Part shown: positions 1-12,019 of the stretch, piece after piece
How the letters are laid out: each line of letters opens with the position of its first letter
How positions within the stretch are numbered: the stretch's first letter is position 1
Notes under the pieces: generated by a model
What the model was told of the DNA's origin: nothing
The model's database searches: none
Seen by the model: the letters and a program-made list of their open reading frames with translations, nothing else
Origin: Octopus bimaculoides
Lineage: Eukaryota
Length of the DNA: 64,000 bases
Direction: 5' to 3'
Assembly: GCF_001194135.2 (NCBI RefSeq)
Contig: NC_068998.1
Location: 18,382,470 to 18,446,469, forward strand
Made by a program: the position numbers and the translations under genes

Positions 1-30
<30 letters not shown>

Positions 31-34
<4 letters not shown>

Positions 35-390
35 CGTTCGCTACCATACCTCGTCTGGCCTAACGGCCCTTCATGTTTGTTTTCATTTGGTTTGTTGTAT
101 GTCTCCACTGTCCTGTTTTTGTTACCAACTTTGACCCTCCACAAAACCCCAGGTCAAGCTAGACTGTGCACACCAGTAATCATAAAGCATTCAAACTTTG
201 ACAATCCCATCTTTATTGGGCTATCAACCACTACATTAGCTAACATCACTTTCCTAATTGAAAACAGTAGGGTTTGAGATGAGGAAGGCTCAGCTGTTTT
301 TGTAGCAAACCAAGAAAGCACAAAGAAGCACCCTTCTATGTATTTCAGTGAGATGCTGAATATAATCAGATTAACCTTTATAGACACAGT
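31..390 (-). mobile_element. Decayed Penelope-like element 3' fragment (GIY-YIG C-terminus plus terminal-repeat remnant)
   Basis: Minus-strand frames, with frameshifts and stops, give SDYIQHLTEIH ... IRKVMLANVVVDSP / NKDGIVKV*MLYD. This resembles the PLE endonuclease tail SAxxxH...RKxxEAxxI...PxLNRDxG...YD. It is followed by a GGCC-gtta-GGCC hairpin in a degenerate hammerhead-like context (55-75). Confidence 0.45.
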
Positions 391-682
391 AAGAATATTA
401 AAAATAACAGTGATGCTCTTGAGATAATGAAGATGATACGACTAATGATGATAACGATGATAATGATGGCCCAGGGTGTAAAATTGTAAATGGATTACAT
501 TATATACTACATTATTTTAATTGAAAAAAAAACAACAACAATCAAAAACATAGATTATATGCTGTACGTATATGAATGTACAGAGTTGCTCATCTCACAC
601 TATGCAATTTCGTTTCGACTGTCTGATAACAGACTTAAAATCATAAATTGAAACATTTTTTTAATATTTTATTTTTCTATAT

Positions 683-722
<40 letters not shown>

Positions 723-1258
723 NNNNNNNNNNNNNNNNNNNNNNNNNNNNNNNNNNNNNNNNNNNNNNNNNNNNNNNNNNNNNNNNNNNNNNNNNNNNNN
801 NNNNNNNNNNNNNNNNNNNNNNNNNNNNNNNNNNNNNNNNNNNNNNNNNNNNNNNNNNNNNNNNNNNNNNNNNNNNNNNNNNNNNNNNNNNNNNNNNNNN
901 NNNNNNNNNNNNNNNNNNNNNNNNNNNNNNNNNNNNNNNNNNNNNNNNNNNNNNNNNNNNNNNNNNNNNNNNNNNNNNNNNNNNNNNNNNNNNNNNNNNN
1001 NNNNNNNNNNNNNNNNNNNNNNNNNNNNNNNNNNNNNNNNNNNNNNNNNNNNNNNNNNNNNNNNNNNNNNNNNNNNNNNNNNNNNNNNNNNNNNNNNNNN
1101 NNNNNNNNNNNNNNNNNNNNNNNNNNNNNNNNNNNNNNNNNNNNNNNNNNNNNNNNNNNNNNNNNNACACACACATTCATTCATACATACATTCATTCAT
1201 ACTTTGTGTATATATATAATCTTAATTTTCTAGTATAAAAACATAAATATCTGAGTGG

Positions 1259-1306
<48 letters not shown>

Positions 1307-1989
1307 TACACGTACACACACACACACACACATTGAGAATTCCAGCTGCAAATCATCAATGCATAATCAGACATGATTGATTACAAAGGTGAAGAGAAAA
1401 CATGCACACAACACAACCATACACACACACACATGCACACACACACACACACACAGACTCTCACAAATACACATGTGCACATGCACACACACATGCAGAC
1501 AAATACATGTGCACACAAGCAAACACAAATATATAGCAACAACAGTGAAAAATCGAAATAACAATAGGATCCATGTAAGTAAGGCATCAGTGGTGTATCT
1601 CTCTGTTAGATTAGTCGGTTGTTTAGGGAAAGATGAAATGGAGTTGGCAACCAGAGGAAATTAGAAAGGAGCCGGGGAAAAGTACCAGAAACGTACACAG
1701 ATGGCAGCTGGAAGATGGAGCTTTGTACTTCTTCAACTTTTCCTGCTACTTAAACATGCAATGGAATTTCGATGAAAGATAGGATAAATAAATAAAACAA
1801 TTTTGCTTTATTATTTCCTTTTCTGTCTGTTTATCTGTCTTTCTCTGTATCTCATGTTTTAAATGCAGTAATAGTGTGTATTTGTACCTATGTAACTGTC
1901 GTGTGTGTGTGTGTGTGTGTGTGTAAGAGATACCAAGGTTATATGTACCTGGTTATATGTGTACATAATGAGTGTATGCATATAAGTAA

Positions 1990-2282
1990 CACACACGTGA
2001 GAAGACCCGGCAAGCCAAGTAAGATCGTTGCCAGTGCCCCTGGACTGGTTCTTGTGCGGGTGGCACATGAGATGCACCATTTTGAGCGTGGCCGTTGCCA
2101 GTACTGCCTGACTGGCTCCCGTAGGATTTTCGAGCAAGATCGTTGCCAGTGCCCCTGGACTGGCTTGTGCGGGTGGCACATAAAAGACACCATTTCGAGC
2201 GTGGCCGTTTTCGTGCGGGTGACACGTAAAAGCACCCACTACACTCTCTGAGTGGTTGGCGTTAGGAAGGGCATCCAGCTGT
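1990..2282 (+). mobile_element. RTE-tailed SINE/non-autonomous element, family B (young copy, truncated by gap)
   Basis: Tandem GAGATCGTTGCCAGTGCCCCTGGACTGGC units followed by GAGTGGTTGGCGTTAGGAAGGGCATCCAGCTGT, near-identical to 22391-22842 and 24578-24885. Confidence 0.9.
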
Positions 2283-2831
2283 NNNNNNNNNNNNNNNNNN
2301 NNNNNNNNNNNNNNNNNNNNNNNNNNNNNNNNNNNNNNNNNNNNNNNNNNNNNNNNNNNNNNNNNNNNNNNNNNNNNNNNNNNNNNNNNNNNNNNNNNNN
2401 NNNNNNNNNNNNNNNNNNNNNNNNNNNNNNNNNNNNNNNNNNNNNNNNNNNNNNNNNNNNNNNNNNNNNNNNNNNNNNNNNNNNNNNNNNNNNNNNNNNN
2501 NNNNNNNNNNNNNNNNNNNNNNNNNNNNNNNNNNNNNNNNNNNNNNNNNNNNNNNNNNNNNNNNNNNNNNNNNNNNNNNNNNNNNNNNNNNNNNNNNNNN
2601 NNNNNNNNNNNNNNNNNNNNNNNNNNNNNNNNNNNNNNNNNNNNNNNNNNNNNNNNNNNNNNNNNNNNNNNNNNNNNNNNNNNNNNNNNNNNNNNNNNNN
2701 NNNNNNNNNNNNNNNNNNNNNNNNNNNNNNNNNNNNNNNNNNNNNNNNNNNNNNNNNNNNNNNNNNNNNNNNNNNNNNNNNNNNNNNNNNNNNNNNNNNN
2801 NNNNNNNNNNNNNNNNNNNNNNNNNNNNNNN

Positions 2832-2882
<51 letters not shown>

Positions 2883-3365
2883 TAGATAGATAGATATAAG
2901 GTTCTTTTTTGTCAAAATCTTTTTGAAGTGTGTAGTTGCAACCAAGAGACCGTATAACACAGCAGTGCACATTTTCGTATGTTTTCATCCGATACAAGCC
3001 TTACAAAGAATGTACTATCCACCTCCCTTCTAGTACAACCAAATTAGACCTTATTGATCTCTTCCTACAGACAATTCCTACACACACACACACATGTTAA
3101 CACAAATGCATGTGTGTGTGTGTGTGTGTGTGTGTGCAAGCGCGTGTATACACACAAACAAAGACAACAATGCCAATGTACACAAGCATGTAACAGACAC
3201 TGACAGGAGAGGAAAGCCAGCGTATAAGAGCAAGCAGAAGTTCAGTTGGCATCAGGCATGGGAACCAGCTGTTAGAACATAAATGCATTATGTGTGTGCA
3301 GTCACTTTTTACTGCTAGCATTCTGTTCAGACAACAACACAACTGCAGCAGGCTCTAACTGTCAT

Positions 3366-3475
3366 GCTCTCTCTCTCTCCTTCTCTCCTCTCTCTCTCCT
3401 TCTCTCTCTCTCACTCTCTCACTCTTTCTTGTGCAGCCAGACTGTCAGCCAGTCACTCAGTCAGTCACTTAAGTG
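3366..3475 (+). promoter_or_regulatory. Candidate core promoter: (CT)n tract followed by repeated TCAGTC initiator-like motifs
   Basis: CT-rich tract 3366-3430 and TCAGTC at 3457-3462 and 3461-3466. The flanking unique DNA (2950-4000) keeps many CpGs compared with the rest of the window. It lies ~200 bp upstream of a candidate ATG and splice donor. Confidence 0.35.
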
Positions 3476-3657
3476 ATGACAAGTGTATCTTTGGATAGCG
3501 GTCTAGACAACCATGGGATAGTACGGTTCTTGCACCATCGGACTTTAGGCTGTGACTGACACTGAAAAAATTCCAGTGGAATTACCGATTTTTCTTTCTT
3601 TTTTTTTTTTTACAAATTTCTTGGGTAATTTACAGCCCTGCGCCAGAGACAGAAAGA

Positions 3658-3715
3658 ATGATGGAAAGGGAGAAGACAAGCGAGTTGCTGAAGAGGACAG
3701 TAATGGCAAATACAT
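3658..3715 (+). CDS. Candidate first coding exon of an unidentified gene (MMEREKTSELLKRTVMANT, phase-1 donor)
   Basis: ATG at 3658 with A at -3, purine-rich open frame, ending at a strong donor T|GTGAGT (3716). A poly-T tract and TTACAG acceptor (3634-3635) could instead define an 80-nt exon 3636-3715, which is open in two frames. No homology recognised. Confidence 0.4.
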
Positions 3716-5971
3716 GTGAGTATCATCTTCTTAAACAAAAAGGATGAATGAAGTTGCGTTCAGCGTGCGTGTGGCAAATAGTAGTACAACTGTTTCTCTG
3801 TGATATATGTACATCATATTGGCATGCGGATGTTGAGTAGGAGGTACCAGAGGCTGGGAGAGAAGAATAGGAAGTAAGAAAGAAAGAAAGAAAGAGGGAA
3901 GGCAAGAAAGAAAGAAAAAAAGAAAGAAGGGAAGAGAGTGAAATGTGAAGACATCAAAAGATGTTTCTCAGTGCAATATCGGAGAGTTTCCCTTAGTATA
4001 ATGCTCACCAGTCAGTAGTAGGTTCAAACTGTCCTAAGTTTAAGTTTTAAGAATTGACTCAACAATGAGAAATAATCCCAACACAAAACACTTTTATTCT
4101 GCATTGAATCTTAGATTTAAACTTGTATATTTGGCACTTTATACAAACAATTCTATCTCAGTCCTCATGCTTATTTTTCTGTTTTGCATGACAATGTCTT
4201 CCAAAAAGAAAAAATATATATATATATATATATATGTATTTCATACNNNNNNNNNNTTTGATTTTCAAGAATTTTATAATAATAATAATGATGATGATGA
4301 TGATGACGATGATGATGATGATGATGATTATGATGATAATAATAATAATTATAATAATAATAAGGGTTGAAAAAAATTTCTCTGGAATTATAAATACTTA
4401 GTCTAGTATGCTTTGGTTGTTTACAATAACAATAAAAAATAAATCGTTAGTAAATAACAAAAAGCAGTTTGGATAGTGATTTGGTATGATGGGGTAGCAT
4501 GATGAGGAAGATCAAGATGATGATGAGATTATAGTGAGCATGATGTGACAGGGATGATGTTGTTGTTACTGTTGCTGTTGTTGTTGTTGTTTAGCTCTCA
4601 TATCGGATTTGATTGAGCAGACCTAAGTTCAAATACGTCCAAGCCACGACCATGCTGCTTCTGTTTAAGGTATGATAAACAATATTACCTTGGATACACC
4701 ATCTCCTTTCATTTTAAGATGGCAGAGTTACAATTCAAGGAAGATTTTGCTACTATTTCTAGCAGGTCAAACAACAACCTAAAATCCCTCTCTTTAGATT
4801 GTCAATGATGATGTGGATGATGATGGTGATGGTGGTGGTGGCGGTGCTTGTAAATGATTCTAAAAGTCTGTGAGAATCACCTATAAAGCATTTTAAGTTT
4901 AAAGTTTGAATTTATACCCACCACTCATCACATACACACGTGCATGCACGCACGCACACACACACAATCTTCTTACCAGTCGCTTTTTCCTTCCCGGAGC
5001 GACAAAATGTAGCTTCATAGAATGAATACCATAGTAAAGCTGAAGATATTTTATAAGAACTCAAGAATGCCACTGATGGCTATGTCAATAAACTGTCAGC
5101 TTAGGCAGCTGAAGTGTCCACCTGCACGAAAACAATTCTCAAATGCCCCAGTTTAACTAGCTATAGACAAGTACCAAGGATTGGTACATTTTCTTTCCAT
5201 CGATGTTGGACCAAATGTAGCATTGACAAGTGGGTTTTGTCAGCTTGCAGCACTGATTTCAAATCCTATTATAAGTTTAATTAACTTGGAAAGCAAAGGG
5301 CTCTGTTAGTTGGCTAGCTGACTTGCTTGAGATATATTAAATAAAGATAGAATGAGTTATATGACTTAGAGTATTTTTGTGGGGAGCCTTATAGTATGTC
5401 ATTTGATGTCTGTATCAAATTTACAGGAATGAAATAAAATAAACTCTAAATAACAACTAAGAACTACCTGAGTCTAGTTTCTTTATTTTTGTAGGAATAA
5501 ATTCATTCTTCATCAAAACTATATTATTTAAAACACGACGATAATATCAAAGGAAATGAAAGAACATTTTGAAAAGATGAGGGTATAACAGCCTTTCTTT
5601 CTTTAACTACTCTTTATTTATATTAATTAAAAGTACTGTCAACTGAAAATAAGATTTTGAAAATATCAATCATTTAATCAATATTATCACCTTCATCACC
5701 AACAGTATAAAGAATTATAAGAGTTTTATGCTAGTTATTCTATGCTTTCAGTGGGATTTATGTACAAAGTCACATATATGAAAATATATAATCAACTCTT
5801 ATTTTGAATTTAAATATGAGATGCATTCCAGAAGTTTTAAGGCATTTTTAGGAGAGGCAGTTATAGCTGTCTTAGGTTATTATACTAAAATTACAATAAT
5901 CTAAAATAGTTATAACTGCCTCTCCTATAAGAAAATCTCAAAACTTCTGGAATACATTTCATGTTTTTTTT

Positions 5972-6170
5972 TTTGCATCATCATCATTTAACATCCAACT
6001 TCCATGCTGACAGGAACTGGCAAGGCCGGGGTCTGCACCAGATTCCACAGTCTGTTTTGTCTTGGTTTCTACGGCTGGATGTTCTTCTTAATACCAGCCA
6101 CTACACAGAGTGTACTGGGTGCTTTATACACGGTATCATCAACAATGCTTCTTATGTGGCACCAGCACCC
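5972..6170 (-). mobile_element. Family B SINE, old diverged copy
   Basis: (CAT)n tail and GCTGGATGTTCTTCTTAATACCAGCC, the reverse complement of a degenerate GGTTGGCGTTAGGAAGGGCATCCAGC core. Confidence 0.7.
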
Positions 6171-6387
6171 ACAAAAGAAATGAAATAATATTGCACAAAA
6201 TAAATTTCTAATAAGTGTAACTCTTTCTTATAATTAATTTTGTTTTAAAAAAAATCTTCATGTGCCCACTTTTGCTCATTTCTAATTTTGTATGTTTCAA
6301 ATTAGAACTGGATAAGTATACAAATTTGCACAGTAACAAGCAACAAGATGTTTTTAGAGCTGACCATCTGCCCAAACAATATCTATT

Positions 6388-6728
6388 GCTGGCTCAGGTG
6401 TTAGAATGTTGAGATCACAATCATGAGGTAGTGAGTTCGATTCCTGGACCTGGTTCCGTGTTGTGTTCTTGATCAAAACACTTTATTTCATGTTACTCCA
6501 GTTCATTCAGTTGTAGAAATGAGTTGTGATGTCACTGGTGCCAAGCAATACCGACCTTTGCTTTTCCCTTAGATAAGATCAGTGGTGTGGAGAGGGGAGG
6601 CTGGTATGCATGGGTGATTGCTGGTCTTCCATTGACAACCTTGCCCAGACATGTGCCTTGGCAGGGAACTTTCTAGGTGCAATCCCATGGTCATCTATGA
6701 CCAAAGGGGGTCTTTACCCCTTTTTACC
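6388..6728 (+). mobile_element. tRNA-headed SINE, family E
   Basis: A-box-like TGGCTCAGGTGTTAG, B-box GAGTTCGATTCC, body GTGTTGTGTTCTTGATCAAAACACTTTATTTCA. Homologous to 20985-21320 (-) and 28891-29246 (+). Confidence 0.85.
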
Positions 6729-6965
6729 TACTTCAGAATTGCATAAACTCATAAGGAAAATGAAACCAGTGATTCTTGCCACATAAAATTACCACACTAT
6801 AACAAACCCATGAGTTTTATTGCTTTACTAACTTAACCTCACATTTTACTATCATACACTAATCTATCTCCTATATTACACTCACATCAACAAAATCTCA
6901 TACTACTACACAATACACTAGCATTACAACATTGTACCATACAAGTCAGGTGCCGTACCCTATAC

Positions 6966-7260
6966 CAGGGGTTTTCAAACTGTGGTCCCCGGACCACAGG
7001 GGGTCCGGAAGGACAAGACAGGGGGTCCGTGGACAGCAAATACTTTTTATGGGCAATTTGATTTTTTATGTTTTTTAATCGAAATCTTTTAATTGACAAT
7101 AAACCTATTTCTTAAATACTGTTAAATAAATAAATGTAAAAATATATGTTATTTTAAGCAAATATTTATGTATAAATTTCATAAGCGTTTATAAGCGGGT
7201 CCCTAAGGTAAAGCCTGAAATATAAAGGGGTCCGCAAGTCAAAAAGTTTGAAAACCCCTG
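6966..7260. mobile_element. hAT (Charlie/Buster-type) MITE, 295 bp
   Basis: Perfect 16-bp TIRs CAGGGGTTTTCAAACT / AGTTTGAAAACCCCTG and a perfect 8-bp TSD CCCTATAC (6958-6965 and 7261-7268) with central TA. Confidence 0.95.
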
Positions 7261-7734
7261 CCCTATACCATACCAACACATAAAAAAAACTGCCTCCACA
7301 TGGACTCTCAAACTACTAAGAAAAACAGCAACTGCCTTAGAAAAGAACACACTGGATAATGTTATCAGGCATGCATTGTGGATGGGGAAAAAAAAAGCAA
7401 GATGGTCATAGTTGGAATGGCTTTCATCACAGGTTTGCCTGATCAGTACTTCTCTGACTGCAACAACACTACCACACATCATGCCAACATCACAACCTTA
7501 CTTCACACAGTTTCAAAACATCCCAATGCTAATATACAGGAGCATACAACACATCAACATGCTCCCACAATATACTGCCATACAACACAACATTCCCTCA
7601 CACCACACTGTCATACAACACAATAACACTGTTCCACACCACACTCTCTCACATCACACTTTGAGACAACACACCGACACTCCATTATATAAGTTTTAGC
7701 TTGATATTCTTATTAGATCGTTATCAATGGTGAC

Positions 7735-7965
7735 ATCATTATTTAATGTCCACTTTTCTATGCTTGCAATGGGTTCAGTGAGTTTGAGACAAATTATCTA
7801 TAGCTGGATGCCCTTCCTGTTGCTAACCCCCAGCTGTTTCCAAGCAAGGTGACATTTTCCCATAGCCAAACATGGTCTTGCAGAATATTGGAAATGAATG
7901 ACACTGCTTATATGACAGTGATACTCATTTACAACTATCACACAATGTCAAGACAAGGACACACA
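7735..7965 (-). mobile_element. SINE family G (shares the GGAAGGGCATCCAGC core with family B)
   Basis: GCTGGATGCCCTTCCTGTTGCTAACC...CCAAGCAAGGTGACATTTTCCCATAGCCA. Homologous copies at 13885-14120 (+), 14640-14830 (+), 24070-24310 (-) and 63255-63410 (-). Confidence 0.75.
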
Positions 7966-7983
7966 AACACATATACATATGCA

Positions 7984-8018
<35 letters not shown>

Positions 8019-8064
8019 TGATTTGATAAGTAGTGCTGATTTTTACAATTCTATAAACAATAAT

Positions 8065-8206
8065 AATATTTATAAGCTTAAAGCTTATAAATGATCATTT
8101 ATAAACTAAAGATAGTTTCCATTGAGGGTTTATACATCCCAATATTAGACTATTTTCTTTAGTCAATACACAGTGATCACTTATAAGCTCTAAACTTATA
8201 AATATT
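8065..8206. repeat. Small foldback: 33-bp inverted arms around a 76-bp spacer
   Basis: AATATTTATAAGCTTAAAGCTTATAAATGATCA (8065-8097) matches the reverse complement of 8174-8206 with a few substitutions. Confidence 0.7.
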
Positions 8207-8512
8207 ATATATATANNNNNNNNNNNNNNNNNNNNNNNNNNNNNNNNNNNNNNNNNNNNNNNNNNNNNNNNNNNNNNNNNNNNNNNNNNNNNNNNNNNNN
8301 NNNNNNNNNNNNNNNNNNNNNNNNNNNNNNNNNNNNNNNNNNNNNNNNNNNNNNNNNNNNNNNNNNNNNNNNNNNNNNNNNNNNNNNNNNNNNNNNNNNN
8401 NNNNNNNNNNNNNNNNNNNNNNNNNNNNNNNNNNNNNNNNNNNNNNNNNNNNNNNNNNNNNNNNNNNNNNNNNNNNNNNNNNNNNNNNNNNNNNNNNNNN
8501 NNNNNNNNNNNN

Positions 8513-8766
8513 GATTTGCAAGCCTTCTGGCATACACCACATTCAAACATATGCACAGACATATAGTCAGAATAGTTGGTTGAAGTTTGTTTTCCATGGG
8601 TTTGCAGGTGAGATTTGAGGCCAGCCAAAGACAGGAATGGTCTGTCGCAGACTGTACACACAAAAAGGTCCTTGTCATTCACCTCGATCTTTACATTCTT
8701 CCTTAAATATCTTTTGAGTCTTGCTAGCGTTATCCTGGCCTCTTCAAATGCTTTCATTCCATTCCA
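8513..8766 (-). mobile_element. RTE-clade LINE ORF C-terminus with C2H2 zinc finger(s), truncated by gap
   Basis: Stop-free frame WNGMKAFEEARITLARLKRYLRK...FVCTVCDRPFLSLAGLKSHLQTH...FECGVCQKACK. The W..G...FE..R......KR..RK motif followed by CxxC..H..H is typical of RTE ORF ends. The finger linker is not TGEKP. Confidence 0.7.
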
Positions 8767-9200
8767 CATATATATACGTATGCATGTATGTATGTAATGG
8801 ACTTCCTTTAGTATTAACAAGGCTTTATTCAGCCCAGGGCTATAGTAGAAGACACTTGCTCAAGGTGCCACACAGCAAGACTGAAGCTAGAACCATGTGA
8901 CTGGGAAGCAAACTTCTTACCACACTCACAAAATGTAATGTGCAGGGGAGGGATAAAGATGATTGAATCAACCTCGAGTATATTACTTGTTGATATTTGA
9001 TCAACTTCAAACCAATAAGGGACCCTCTATCTACAAGTGCAACCTGTGAGAAACTGAAACCAAATCATCCTTTAAATTTGAGATGATTATAGTTTGAAAG
9101 CTTTTGGTCATAGGTCTACTTAACTAGGTCTGATCTGAGGCGAAACAACAATGATGATGACAACAATGACCACCACCACCACCACTACCATTTCTTTTTT

Positions 9201-9241
<41 letters not shown>

Positions 9242-10514
9242 GCTGTTGCTGCTACTGCTGCTGCTTCTACCCCCAGAGGAATGAAAGACAAAGTGAACGC
9301 TGAGTGACATGACATGATGGGACATAACTACACAATGCCGACACCTAACCATTTCTGTCCTTCCATTAATACATATTACATTTTAATATAATTATTATTA
9401 CATTAATAATGTTAAACATATTATTACAACAAATTACAAAGAACATTGGAGGGCAGAGCTGATAAAGCAACAAATTAAATGCTTCATAGGCTATAATTTG
9501 ATAAATCCTGAATTCAATCCTGCTGGGGTCAACTATTCCTTTCATTGTTCCTACCAGTTGATAAAATAAGTATCAGTATTGTATTGGACAGTAAAGATTG
9601 ATTAAATCATCTACAGCAAACACCAAAATCGTTGGCTTTGTACCAAATGTAGAAATCATTGTAATAACATAGTGCTTTTTCCTTCTTGTTTTGTCTTTAT
9701 ATTCTTCAGTTGAAGTCATAATTAGCACAGATGATTTTATAAATGAAGATGTTGGTTTGGAACTACTGGAATAATTGGCACTTAACCTTAGTTAATTTAT
9801 AATGCTGAAATAACCGTTTAACCCTTTGTTGAACCAATTGTTAGATAATTTTTCCCTGAGTCATATCAACTATAAATTGAGGGTTCTAAGCTCTTTCATA
9901 TGCATTATATGATATTACAGGATACTGTAAAGAATATGGTAATGTTAAAACCTGATGTCTGCACAGATTGTGTAAATTCTTTACATAGCACAGCGACTGA
10001 TAAACGGAATTTTCCCAAATCATAAGGCTCAGTAAAAGGGACACTTATCTTTGGTTTTGACGGCATTAATTACATGAGAAGCAAAAATCTCTTCATCAGG
10101 TAGGATGGCATTCATGCATTATAAATGATACACATTAAAAAAAAAAAAAAAAATCCATAATAATTTTATACCAGAATTTTCATTTATTCATGTTCCAAAT
10201 ACTAGCTTAATGATGAATAAGTTATATTATTAATTTTTTTTTTAATTCTTGATTATTTTCAAAATTAACAAAATTAACCAAAACATAGCCAGGGTATTTC
10301 AATTAAGACTATAGACACTATGGAGTTGATAGAGTGCTAGTGACAGGATACAGACTACTGACCTCCAGGCTAGTTGTCTCCATCTTATTGACTTGAACAT
10401 CCAAGCTCTCTATAAATAAAATTAAGACTCCAGCTTTTATCCACACCAACATTTGGCTACCATGACTACTAGGGATAACTGAAGGGAAAAGAAAAAAAAA
10501 AATTTGAAGTATTT

Positions 10515-10715
10515 CTATCTTTTACTTGTTTCAAACTGTGGCCATGCTGGGGCATCAATTTGAAGAATTTTTAGTCGAATGAATTGACCCCAGTACTTTT
10601 TGTTTTTTAAAGCAAGGTACTCATTCTATCGGTCTCTTTTTCTGAAATGCTAAGTTATGGGGGTTGTAAATAGACCAATACTGGTTGTCAAGTGGGGGTG
10701 GGAGACAAACGCACG

Positions 10716-10765
<50 letters not shown>

Positions 10766-10900
10766 CGGTGATCTTTCAGTTTTTGTCTACAAAATCCACT
10801 CATAAGCTTTGGTTGGCCCCCAAAGTTATAGTAGAAGACACTTCCCCAAGGTGCCATGCAGTGGTACTGAACCCAGAACCATGTGGTTGGGAATAAAAGG
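10515..10900 (-). mobile_element. tRNA-headed CORE-like SINE, family A (full length, internal (CA)n)
   Basis: Reverse complement of the family A layout: head CCAACCACATGGTTCTGGGTTCAGT, core GGCACCTTGGGGAAGTGTCTTCTACTAT, internal microsatellite, 3' half GATAGAATGAGTACC...ACTGGGGTCAAT, AAAGAT tail. Confidence 0.9.
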
Positions 10901-11481
10901 CATGAATGTGACTTCATTTTCTCTCCAGCTTATAGTTGCAGCCTTATATACAAGGGAACAATTAAAAAATATTCAAATGTAAGATTAAACATGGCAGGGA
11001 TTTTTCTCAGGTTTTTCTCTCAAGCTAGTGAGCTAAGATAATCTTGTCCATATCTATAATCTATAAAGCTAATGCTAACAAGGAAGCCATGGTCAACCGA
11101 TGTGCTAGAAATAGCAGCTAAAACTCTCAACTCACATTCTATCAATGTAATGCTTGATAAGCAAAAAAGCTTACAAGCGGATTTGGGAGACAAAAAATCT
11201 TGCGAGTGGATTTGTCAGACATAAAAATGAGATGGTCACAACTGGAATGCCATTGATCACAGGTCTGCTCAATTAGGACAAACCCAGGCTATAAACAACA
11301 ACATGGTCAGCTAGTTATCCCATATTTTGAGGTGCATATGAAGTAAATATTGCACTGGTTAGGATCCTTGACTGTTGCAGAAAGCTTTTTCCCTTCCTCC
11401 ACAGATGGGACCACTATGGCTTACATCCACAAAGTATATATCTTGCACAGTAGCTACTTCAAATCACATGGGTTCAGTTGT

Positions 11482-11705
11482 TTAACCCTTTAGCATTATT
11501 CTATCATATATAATGCTTATTGATTCACATTGTTTTTAATTAATCATACATTACTTCGTAGCTCTGAGATTTCAATGGTGTGATTATACATTCTTTTTTA
11601 ATGACATTGTAGGGTAGGTGTGATAGGCTGGATCTATCTAGTTTAATCATAAAGTAGGTAGAATGTTTGGGCTGGATATGGTGGGTTTAAATGTTAAAGA
11701 GTTAA
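11482..11705. mobile_element. piggyBac-like MITE (TTAA|CCCTTTAGCATT ... AATG(C/T)TAAAG(G/A)G|TTAA)
   Basis: Terminal inverted repeats flanked by TTAA. Five related ~220-bp copies in the window. Confidence 0.8.
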
Positions 11706-12019
11706 AACAAAACATATTTCTCACAAAATGGTGCTGATGATAGGATACAAACTGTGAATTTCTTAGCTGGTTGATATATGATTCAGTTATATATGCATCC
11801 ATCCCACCTTAAACTCATCAAAACCAATTTCTAATAGGTGGTAGTGGTAGTGATGGGGAAGTTGCATGAAAATGGCAGTCATCAAAGCCAATAGAATACC
11901 TAATTTATCCTGATGTTCTAAGTTCAAGACGCACTGAGATGAACTTTGCCTTTCATCCTCTCAGAATTGATTTAAAACACCAATCCATCACCCTGGATTG
12001 GTAGAACTTTGAGTGCATC

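Noticed and set aside
4977-5039. Possible 63-nt minus-strand exon (LYYGIHSMKLHFVAPGRKKRL, donor GTAAGA)
   Set aside because: The signals are plausible but there is no partner exon or homology, and it conflicts with the better + strand candidate. Not supportable without RNA data.
8513-8766. Host Krueppel-type zinc-finger gene
   Set aside because: The upstream residues match the RTE ORF C-terminal motif, there is no TGEKP linker and no flanking splice acceptor. Kept as a retroelement fragment.
9708-9775. Strong acceptor followed by EVIISTDDFINEDVGLELLE*
   Set aside because: Stops after ~20 codons, no convincing donor, no homology.
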